From contig JAXGPC010000003.1 of NCBI GenBank assembly GCA_040767155.1, forward strand, positions 565,520-629,519: 64,000 bases of DNA. Reading direction: 5' to 3'. Positions 56,517 to 64,000 of this stretch are shown piece after piece (the first letter of the stretch is position 1; every line of letters starts with the position of its first letter). The notes under the pieces were generated by a model, which had not been told where the DNA came from, did no database searches, and saw only the letters and a program-made list of their open reading frames with translations. A program made the position numbers and the translations under genes. Origin of the DNA: Anaerolineae bacterium (GTDB lineage: Bacteria; Chloroflexota; Anaerolineae; B4-G1; SLSP01).

Positions 56517-59500
56517 GTGGTACTCGTGCGATCAGAGCTCAGGGTCGAGATCAGCAAACTGGGCAACAGGTTTCTGGCCGTCACCAGACGCCACGATGGC
56601 CAGGAGATACTGAGCAACGAGTTCCGCCTCGATCCGTCCAATCCGTCCGAGCACCTGCCGCAATGGCTGCTTGAACGGGATCAACTCGGCCAAGAGCGCA
56701 GCTTACAGCGAGATCGTGCCCGATCCCGGCATCAGGCAATCGCCACGGGGCGCAGCCTTTACCGGTACCTCTTTGGCAATGGGAAAGGTCTGCGGGCCTA
56801 CCTGGCGCAGCAGCCCGCCGGTGGGCCCTTGCAGTTCACGCTTTCAATCGGTCGTGAAGCCTATGCCCTCTGGCGATTCCCGTGGGAAACCCTCCATGAC
56901 GGCAGGCAATTCCTGGGCCTGGACGGACCTTTTCTCATCAATCGCCGACCGACCGACCTGCGCACGCTCACGCCTCAGCCCGGCGTTTCTCCGCTAAGAG
57001 TTCTGGCCGTCATTGCCAACCCCGAGGATCAGGCACGCTATGACACCACAGTAGTGTCGGATGTCCTGCTACAGTCGCTCGAGTCGCTCATCGGCCAAGG
57101 ACTGGTCAGGTTTGAGATCCTCACCGAGCCCACGTCGGCAGCGCTCCTGGCTGCCGTGCGCGAAAATACCTACCACGTAATCCACTTCATCGGGCACGGC
57201 GTCTTCTACCTCACCGAGAGCCAGGGTTTTCTGTGCCTTGAGGATGAGGTCGGCAAGACAGAGTTGCTGAGTGGCGCGCAACTTCCGCGGTTCCTGGAAG
57301 GCTGGACTCCGCGCCTCTTCTTGCTTTCGGCCTGTCCGACGGCCCAGGTCGGCACATCCGACGCCTTTACGGGTGTGGCCGATGAGCTACTCCACCACGA
57401 ATTCCCAGCGGTGATTACATCTGCGATCCATCTAGAGCCACCAGCGGCAGTTGCATACCACAGGGCGCTCTACTCTGAGCTCGCAACTGGCGCGTCGCTA
57501 ACCGAGAGCGTCCAGAGAGGCCGGCTTGCACTGCACGAAAACGATGACGGCGTGCGTCAGGATTACCAGGCTCTCGACTGGGCTACCCCGACCCTGTATC
57601 TGCGCGCGCCTGACATGAGGCTCATTCAGACTGAAGGAGAACCCGCTGCCGCGGAGGCCCCTGAGGGCGCCGTCCCGACTGCACCTGCCAGCGATCACGC
57701 AACACTCAAGGATGCGATCGGCCGAAAGCACGAGCTCCAGACCATTCGCAAAGCACTCAATGCCGGAGACCGGGTCTTCTACATCTGGGGCCATGAGGGC
57801 ATTGGCAAACGGCACCTTGTCTCGCGGCTTCTTGCGCACTGGCAACCCAGACCAAGCGCAGTTCTCAGGATTAGCTGCCGAACCACGGTAGAACCGCTTG
57901 TCGCCCTGGGGCGGATCGCAGACTTCTGGCGTGACATCTCGCCAGAAGGGAATCGCGAAGCCGCCAGGACCCTGCTCGATCTACGCCTCGATCCGTATGA
58001 CCGCGCCCGCACGGCTATGCAACAGGTGGCCGACAAACGGTATGTGGTCATCCTCGACGATATCGATGCGTGGTTCGACGACAGGGGTAACGGCCTGACC
58101 GGTACCATCGCCGACGTCACCGTTCGGAACATTCTGCTTGGCCTCATAAGCGTGACGAACCAGTCTGTCTTCCTGATCACCGGCAGCAGGTCCTGGACGG
58201 ACCTCACCACGGCGAATCTGGCCAACTTACGGCAGATACACGTTCCTCTCCTGCCGCTTGAGGCGACCATCCAACTGATGCATCAGTGGCCTGAGTTGCG
58301 TGGCCTCTCTACCGGCCAAAGAGAGTTGGTTCACTGGAATCTGGGCGGCCACCCAAAGGCGATCCAGCTCCTGGCTGGCTGGGTGCGCTGCGGGGGCGAT
58401 CTGGAAGCGCTACTCGCGGATCCACCTGTTGGTGATCGCGCGACACAGGCATGGGTATCATACCTCGCTGGGGACATCCTTGCCCGCCTGGACCCCGGCG
58501 AATATGACGTGCTGCGATCGCTGGCAATCCTCACCCAACCATTCACGTCTGCTACGATAGCCAGGCTAACACCTGTGACCGCCGAACACGCAGCCACTCT
58601 GGTCGCGGATTGGCAACGCCTCGGGCTGATCGACAATGCCGACACGGACGTACCGGCGATCTCGGTCGTGCAGCCTGAAGTACGGCGCATTATCCTGACC
58701 AGGCTCTCCGACGATGAGGCCAGTGCGCTGCATCGGCAGGCCGCGGCGTTCTACGGTGCGCCGTTGGTCGAAGCCGCTCGCCGGCAGATCCTGGCCCGCA
58801 ACGTCACGGCCTGGTCTCAGGAGCGGGTCGAATGGCTCGCAAGCGATACCAACGGCATCCTCGGCCTCTGGCTGCGCCAGCCACCGGGTGAGAGTAAGGT
58901 GAACAACGTATTGGAGCGTGCGCTGGCATGGCAGTACCACCTCACGCGCGCCGGTGCCCTATCTGCCGCAGCTCACGTCGTCCAGACGATAACCCCCGAG
59001 CTCAATCGCCAGGGTCAGCGGGACCTTTCCAAGAAGCTCAGCCAGCAGACCACAGAGACACCCGAGACGAGCTCACCCTTGGCTCCAGGCACCAGTACGG
59101 GCGACCTGACTGCCACCGCTCGGGCCTACGAGCGTGCCTACAAGGCGCTGGATCCGAAGAAAGACAGACGCAGGCGAGCACAGGTGCTTATGCAGCTAGC
59201 CGATGTGAACCGGCAGCTTGGACGGCGCCAGGCGGTTGTTCAGTGCCTGCGGACGGCGACCGAAGCGCTGCGCCAGGAACAGGATAGCAGAGGCGAAGCA
59301 GAGAGTCTCTACAGATTGGCCAGGGCATACCGCGACCTCCCCGATCACAAGCGTGCCCTGGCGGCAAGCCAGGCAGCGCTCGAGATCTTCGAATCGCTCA
59401 CCCTCCCCCACGGCCTCGCAGCGGTCGAGCGCGAGCAGGGGCTGATCCTGCGTGAGTTGGGATTCCCGGACGAAGCACTGAAGCGCTTTGCGTCGAGCCT

Positions 59501-59762
59501 GCGAACCTGCCGCGATCTGGATGATCGCCCCGGCGTCGTCGCAAACCTGATGGACATCGGGTTACTCCTCGAGCGACTCGGAAAGACCGAGATGGCCATC
59601 CAGGTCATCGAGGAGGCGCTCGATCACTGTGACTATCTACACGACCCTGACCACCCCGAGGTGCTGTCACTGCTTGAGCGGCTCTACGGTCGGCAGCAGC
59701 GTCTCAGCGAGGCAATGGCACGCTACCGCACGGCCAGACGCAGCGCTGAAGCACAATCCTAG
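56517..59762 (+). CDS. CHAT (caspase-like) domain / STAND-type P-loop NTPase / TPR-like repeat protein (NLR-like tripartite architecture)
   Basis: 1081 aa; non-ATG (GTG) start directly after the der stop; CHAT-like His/Cys context HFIGHGVFYL...LFLLSACPTAQ; NTPase IWGHEGIGKRHLVSRLL (Walker A-like) and VVILDDIDAWFDD (Walker B); C-terminal helical repeats with TPR-like periodicity. Confidence 0.7.
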   Translation: MVLVRSELRVEISKLGNRFLAVTRRHDGQEILSNEFRLDPSNPSEHLPQWLLERDQLGQERSLQRDRARSRHQAIATGRSLYRYLFGNGKGLRAYLAQQPAGGPLQFTLSIGREAYALWRFPWETLHDGRQFLGLDGPFLINRRPTDLRTLTPQPGVSPLRVLAVIANPEDQARYDTTVVSDVLLQSLESLIGQGLVRFEILTEPTSAALLAAVRENTYHVIHFIGHGVFYLTESQGFLCLEDEVGKTELLSGAQLPRFLEGWTPRLFLLSACPTAQVGTSDAFTGVADELLHHEFPAVITSAIHLEPPAAVAYHRALYSELATGASLTESVQRGRLALHENDDGVRQDYQALDWATPTLYLRAPDMRLIQTEGEPAAAEAPEGAVPTAPASDHATLKDAIGRKHELQTIRKALNAGDRVFYIWGHEGIGKRHLVSRLLAHWQPRPSAVLRISCRTTVEPLVALGRIADFWRDISPEGNREAARTLLDLRLDPYDRARTAMQQVADKRYVVILDDIDAWFDDRGNGLTGTIADVTVRNILLGLISVTNQSVFLITGSRSWTDLTTANLANLRQIHVPLLPLEATIQLMHQWPELRGLSTGQRELVHWNLGGHPKAIQLLAGWVRCGGDLEALLADPPVGDRATQAWVSYLAGDILARLDPGEYDVLRSLAILTQPFTSATIARLTPVTAEHAATLVADWQRLGLIDNADTDVPAISVVQPEVRRIILTRLSDDEASALHRQAAAFYGAPLVEAARRQILARNVTAWSQERVEWLASDTNGILGLWLRQPPGESKVNNVLERALAWQYHLTRAGALSAAAHVVQTITPELNRQGQRDLSKKLSQQTTETPETSSPLAPGTSTGDLTATARAYERAYKALDPKKDRRRRAQVLMQLADVNRQLGRRQAVVQCLRTATEALRQEQDSRGEAESLYRLARAYRDLPDHKRALAASQAALEIFESLTLPHGLAAVEREQGLILRELGFPDEALKRFASSLRTCRDLDDRPGVVANLMDIGLLLERLGKTEMAIQVIEEALDHCDYLHDPDHPEVLSLLERLYGRQQRLSEAMARYRTARRSAEAQS

Positions 59763-59770
59763 TCTATCAT

Positions 59771-62700
59771 TCAGGGCGAGGCCTGGACATCAACCGTGGT
59801 GAGAAGTGCACGGTCCTCCGGAACCCGCTCGTCCCCCACGTAGAGCGCAGCCCGCAATCCATCCCTGGCATCATACAGCCCAATGTATAGCCCATAGGTA
59901 CCTGAGGGCGCACCGGCATCAAGCATGAGGACGTGCTCGTCGGCGATGATCTCTCCAGCAACCCAGGTCGTCGTTGGAGCATAGCCCTGGGCAGGCCACA
60001 TGTCAGACTGTCCCCACACCCGGCCATCAGGACCCACAGCATGCACGAAGACCGTATAGTCGCGGGCAACGTCGCCTGATGCACGCCAGTAGAGCGTGAC
60101 GCCAAGTGCACCACCGGGCTCCAATGACACCGGCGAGACATCAGCACCGAGGAGGCTGCCGATCCGCTCTACGCTCAGGCTGGAGGAAACGGCAGGCTGA
60201 TGGGAGAGCGAATACGTCCGGGCGCGCTGCGTGATCGCGAGCTCTCCCAGGATGACCGCCTCATGTGCAGTCGAGGGAACGGCAGGGTCACCGCCGGCTG
60301 GCCTGACTGAAAAACAGCACGTTTGCTCCAGAGCCGCGCCTAGTGTCGCCGGGTTCAGGCGCGGCGCGAAGCGCAGGACATAGCGCGCTCCCGTCGCCCA
60401 GAGATCCGCCGCCCTGGCTGGCAGCGATAACGTGCCACCATCGCGACTCACACCACCACACTCCAGGTCCCAATGAAGGCCATCCGGCAGTTCACCTTCC
60501 AGCCGCTCTACGCCAAGGCTGAAGGGGAGCCGCTGACCGGCCTGCACACGCGTTGTGCTAAACCCGGTTGCCACAACCCGCAGCCCTGGCCAGTCGCTAT
60601 CTGCGGGCCTATCCAGAGTCAGTTCAGCAGCAGGCCCACGCGCCGGCCCCACCTCCACGACACCCAGGGCCAACTCCGTCCCGCCAAAGCTCCCGTCGGC
60701 ACGTCCGATGCCCAACATCCCCTGCAGGCCACTGACGCGCAACACGAGGCGGTAGGACCCAGGGGGAAGGTGCGGCGGCAGGACAATGTAGGCCTCTGTG
60801 TCGACAGCCACTCCCACAGGCCAGTCCGGCGCGGCCCAACCCCAGTCACTGAGCAGCCTGCGTCCTCCTTCCGCCCAGATGACCTCATCCCCATCACCGT
60901 CACCGCGCAGGGCCAGGTAGACCTCCACCTCTTCCTGGGGTACCTGAGCCCACCAGCGCAAGCGGACTGTCAGCGGATCGGGAGGTCGCGTCACATCATC
61001 CCAGGTCGTGGCCAGGAGATCCAGACCGCCTCCAAAACGCGCAAGGTAAGGAGAGTCCTTCGGGAGGTCGGCCAGGACCGTGCACTTCTCGACCTCCCAC
61101 CCGAAGATTGGAGCGTCCGCCTCACAGGCGAGACTTCCCGTTTCAACTGCCTCATCGAGGGCACGTTTGAGCTGAGCCTCCGTCAATGGATGGCATTGCG
61201 GGGCATGGATCCAATAGAAACTTCCCTCTGAGGTCTGTTGCGCGAGCCACGCCCACAACGTAGCGGAATCTGTGGCGGGGGCCCCAGCATCGGCAGGCAG
61301 CCCCGGAAGTGGGCCGGGCGCGACGAATGTCCCTGGAGACTCAGATGTCTGCACGTGGCCATAGACTCGCGATTGCGCTCTCCCGCCAGATCTGAGGTCA
61401 GCCAGCAAAGCATACTGCTCGGGCAAGGGGCTGTCCCCGCCAATGAGGAAATCCGTACAGCCCAGGCAAGTCTCGTCCCAGGCAATGGTGCTCCCCACGA
61501 AGAAACCCGCCGTGCCGGGCACGTTGCCTGTCATCACCGATGTGCCCTCGGCGTGACGGTTCAACCATCGGGCTGCTAACCCCGACGCCTCCCCCCAACC
61601 CAGAGGCACCACATGCTGAGCAACCCACGGCCCCCCAAGCATAGGATTTGCGTACTGCAGCGGTAACAACGCCACGAGCGCCCAGGGCAGTGCCAGGCTG
61701 ACAAGCACAGCAATCCGCACGCCCTGGCGCCGGTGCGACCAGGCCATTGCCGCCACAAGTGTGAGCAGCGGGATGAGGGTCAACACATACCGGTCGAACT
61801 TCTTCTCTGCGGTCGTAATGCCAATCAGAGTACTGAGAGCGGGTAATAGCGTCCAGATCAGGGGACGGAAACGGCTGAAGTACCTGTCGCGACGATGCCC
61901 AATCCAGGAGAGGAGGCCAGTCAACACCGGCGGCGTCAACCGGAAAAGCAACACGACCAGGTAGAACCACGCCCCCGGATCGGTGCTCGTCTCACCGGCA
62001 AAGAACACGGGACGGAGGCCGATGCCCTCGTGGTAGGTCACGGCTCCAATGAGCGATGCCAATGCCTCCCGGGGTGACAGCCACATGGCAGGATAGAGCA
62101 GCACCAGGAATGCCATTGTCAGCAGTGCTAGCACGGCGACGCGGGCGATCCGCAGATAGATTGGGCCTTTCCACCAGAGAAAGAGAGCCAGTGCCAACCC
62201 CGGAGCCGCCAGTAGCCCGAGCATCTTGGTCAGGCCCGCCAATGCCAGAAAAGCCGCGCTCGCCACGATGCTGGGTAGCCATTCACGAACGGCTGTGTCT
62301 GTTGCGCGGCGACGAACCGGCAGGGTGTAGGCCACAGCCAGGAGTACAAAGGTTGCCTGAAGCCCATCCGTGTGGAGCAGACCCGAATGACCGGCGAGAA
62401 AGGGGTCAAGGGCCAGACACAAAGCCGCCAACCTGGCAACCCGACCGCCGATCCGGCGTCTGATGACCACGTGAACAAGAGCCAACCCCGCCGACGTCAC
62501 GCACGCAACGAGGATCCGGCCTGCAGGCAGAAAGGCAACCAGGTGTGGGAAAGCCGCGCCATTCTCAGGCGCCAGCGTGGCGATACGATCGATCCAATCG
62601 CGCTGTGCTGCAGCCTCGGCTGGATTAACCCGCTCCGATAGCCAGATGCCCAACGCCCCAAGAGCCATCGTCGTCATCCCGGGATGGCCTGTCTGAGGGA

Positions 62701-62875
62701 TAGCTGCCAGATCGGAAGTCTCGACAGCCTGGAGGAACTCGTGACTGCGCAGAACCCAGATCGGTTCATCCGGCGTGACGTAGAGTCCCAACGGCATCAG
62801 ACGAACGATGAACGCCACAGCGAAGATCGCGGCGCTCAAGGCGATCGAATCAGTCCGGCGCGACCGCCGTTTCAC
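59771..62875 (-). CDS. GT-C fold glycosyltransferase (ArnT/PMT-like, GT39/GT83-type) with about 600-aa extracytoplasmic C-terminal domain
   Basis: 1034 aa; about 11-13 N-terminal TM helices with GT-C loop motifs; large soluble C-terminal region. Confidence 0.65.
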   Translation of the reverse strand: MKRRSRRTDSIALSAAIFAVAFIVRLMPLGLYVTPDEPIWVLRSHEFLQAVETSDLAAIPQTGHPGMTTMALGALGIWLSERVNPAEAAAQRDWIDRIATLAPENGAAFPHLVAFLPAGRILVACVTSAGLALVHVVIRRRIGGRVARLAALCLALDPFLAGHSGLLHTDGLQATFVLLAVAYTLPVRRRATDTAVREWLPSIVASAAFLALAGLTKMLGLLAAPGLALALFLWWKGPIYLRIARVAVLALLTMAFLVLLYPAMWLSPREALASLIGAVTYHEGIGLRPVFFAGETSTDPGAWFYLVVLLFRLTPPVLTGLLSWIGHRRDRYFSRFRPLIWTLLPALSTLIGITTAEKKFDRYVLTLIPLLTLVAAMAWSHRRQGVRIAVLVSLALPWALVALLPLQYANPMLGGPWVAQHVVPLGWGEASGLAARWLNRHAEGTSVMTGNVPGTAGFFVGSTIAWDETCLGCTDFLIGGDSPLPEQYALLADLRSGGRAQSRVYGHVQTSESPGTFVAPGPLPGLPADAGAPATDSATLWAWLAQQTSEGSFYWIHAPQCHPLTEAQLKRALDEAVETGSLACEADAPIFGWEVEKCTVLADLPKDSPYLARFGGGLDLLATTWDDVTRPPDPLTVRLRWWAQVPQEEVEVYLALRGDGDGDEVIWAEGGRRLLSDWGWAAPDWPVGVAVDTEAYIVLPPHLPPGSYRLVLRVSGLQGMLGIGRADGSFGGTELALGVVEVGPARGPAAELTLDRPADSDWPGLRVVATGFSTTRVQAGQRLPFSLGVERLEGELPDGLHWDLECGGVSRDGGTLSLPARAADLWATGARYVLRFAPRLNPATLGAALEQTCCFSVRPAGGDPAVPSTAHEAVILGELAITQRARTYSLSHQPAVSSSLSVERIGSLLGADVSPVSLEPGGALGVTLYWRASGDVARDYTVFVHAVGPDGRVWGQSDMWPAQGYAPTTTWVAGEIIADEHVLMLDAGAPSGTYGLYIGLYDARDGLRAALYVGDERVPEDRALLTTVDVQASP

Positions 62876-62876
62876 G

Positions 62877-63845
62877 CTACTCCTCAGTTCGGATCGCGTA
62901 GACCGGTTTTTCCTGGACCTCGTAATAGGTTCGCGCCTGGAGCTCGCCCAGCAAGCCCATCACCAGGAACTGCGCGCCGAGGATCATGAGCAGGATCGCC
63001 AGCGAGAGCAATGGGCGGTTGCCGATGTCAGCGCCAGTGAAGATCTTGAACAGCGCGAGGTACAGCGCCACCAGGAAACCAATGCCCCCACTGGCCAGCC
63101 CCGCCAGGCCAAAGAGCTGCATCGGGCGGCCCATATAGCTTAACAGGAAGGAGACCGTCACCAAATCCAGGATGACGCGAACCGTTTTGGATAGGTTGTA
63201 CTTCGATTTCCCGAAGGTGCGGGGGCGATCGTTGACCGGAACCTCGGCAACTCGCACACCAAGCCCCGAAGCAAGCGCCGGAATAAAGCGGTGAAGCTCA
63301 CCGTAAAGGTTTACGTTCTTCGCGACATCGTGGTGGTAGATCTTCAACGAACATCCATAGTCGTGAAGCTTGACGCCAGTAGACCGGCCAATGATCCGGT
63401 TGGCCAGCATCGACGGCAAGCGTCGTGACAGGAGTGGCTCCTTGCGCTCCTGGCGCCAACCACTCACAATGTCGTAGTCGCCCTCTTCCGCTACCTTCAG
63501 CATCTTCGCGACATCAGCCGGATCGTTCTGTCCGTCGGCGTCCATCGTGATGACATACCGGCCTCGCGATAGATCAAACCCGGCGGCAAACGCAGCAGTC
63601 TGCCCGAAGTTGCGTCTGAACCGGACGATGCGCAGATGTGGCTCATCCGACTTCAGTGTACGCAGTATCGCCACACTGTCGTCGGAGCTACCATCGTCCA
63701 CAGCAATGATCTCGTAGGCGCGTCCCAGGGCACCCAACGCAGCAGACAACTCCGGGATGAAGAGCTGCAGGTTTCCGGCCTCGTTGTAGATCGGCAACAC
63801 GATCGAGAGTTCGAGCTCGGGTGCTCCCACATGCTTGTGCGACAT
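62877..63845 (-). CDS. GT2 polyprenol-phosphate sugar synthase (DPM1/ArnC-like)
   Basis: 322 aa; LSIVLPIYNEAGNL, VDDGSSD, TMDADGQND motifs, C-terminal TM helices; GGAGGAGG RBS; 1-nt gap to the downstream GT-C gene. Confidence 0.8.
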   Translation of the reverse strand: MSHKHVGAPELELSIVLPIYNEAGNLQLFIPELSAALGALGRAYEIIAVDDGSSDDSVAILRTLKSDEPHLRIVRFRRNFGQTAAFAAGFDLSRGRYVITMDADGQNDPADVAKMLKVAEEGDYDIVSGWRQERKEPLLSRRLPSMLANRIIGRSTGVKLHDYGCSLKIYHHDVAKNVNLYGELHRFIPALASGLGVRVAEVPVNDRPRTFGKSKYNLSKTVRVILDLVTVSFLLSYMGRPMQLFGLAGLASGGIGFLVALYLALFKIFTGADIGNRPLLSLAILLMILGAQFLVMGLLGELQARTYYEVQEKPVYAIRTEE

Positions 63846-64000
63846 AGATGGTTCCTCCTCCAGAGCACAACGACCCTGACCACAGGCCGGGCGCAGTTCC
63901 CCATCGTTCTACCACGAAGGCCCGATTCCTCAACCTGCCCGGCTTCCAGGGCTCTCGCATTCCGCTGGCGCGGGAGTGCACAGCCTCCCTTCGCAAGGTT

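Overview
High-GC (about 60-65%) bacterial chromosomal segment with very dense coding and GGAGG-type ribosome binding sites; the gene set (Tad pilus, GH95/GH5/GH51-like hydrolases, Kelch and CHAT proteins) would fit Chloroflexota/Thermomicrobia-like or another high-GC lineage, but taxonomy cannot be settled from the sequence alone.

Content, left to right:
- An edge-truncated 2-hydroxyacid dehydrogenase that is absent from the ORF track.
- Carbohydrate-utilisation genes: two URO-D-like proteins, a sugar-phosphate isomerase, DUF1349, GH beta-propeller, GH5, GH51-like and GH95 enzymes, plus a cupin and a P-loop kinase-like protein.
- An MscS-family channel and a secreted alpha/beta hydrolase with a Pro/Thr-rich linker.
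- A compact NO/anaerobiosis-type module: a YgbA_NO (nitrous-oxide-stimulated promoter family) protein, a Crp/Fnr regulator and a NapH-like polyferredoxin, with a perfect FNR-type palindrome TTGACTTAAGTCAA between the regulator and the polyferredoxin.
- A complete minus-strand his operon, hisGDCBHAFIE. It is preceded by a promoter plus a terminator/antiterminator-like leader. hisA, hisH and hisB each carry an in-frame microsatellite insertion.
- A zinc alcohol dehydrogenase, a PfkB kinase and a hypothetical protein followed by two tandem SPFH/band-7 membrane proteins.
- folC, lon, hpf and comF.
- A Tad/Flp pilus assembly cluster (cpaB, REC-fused cpaE, cpaF, tadB, tadC) with no pilin or prepilin peptidase in the window.
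- ftsY, prfB (with its classical CUU-UGA-C +1 programmed frameshift, which the ORF track splits into two ORFs), a Ser/Pro-rich coiled-coil zinc-ribbon hypothetical protein, and tilS.
- A LuxR-HTH/transmembrane/Kelch one-component membrane regulator, tsaD, an M24 aminopeptidase and der.
- A 1081-aa CHAT (caspase-like)/STAND NTPase/TPR NLR-like protein.
- A GT-C (ArnT/PMT-like, 1034 aa) plus GT2 polyprenol-phosphate-sugar glycosylation pair.

No rRNA, tRNA, CRISPR array or obvious transposon was found.

The most promising candidate for a novel system is the single-gene CHAT-NTPase-TPR NLR-like protein. Secondary candidates are the his leader attenuator with the shared-core microsatellites in the his genes, the FNR-box-controlled NO module, and the LuxR-Kelch membrane regulator.

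Coordinates of features I located by counting within sequence lines may be off by +/-1 nt; in two places my counts differed by 1 from the ORF track.
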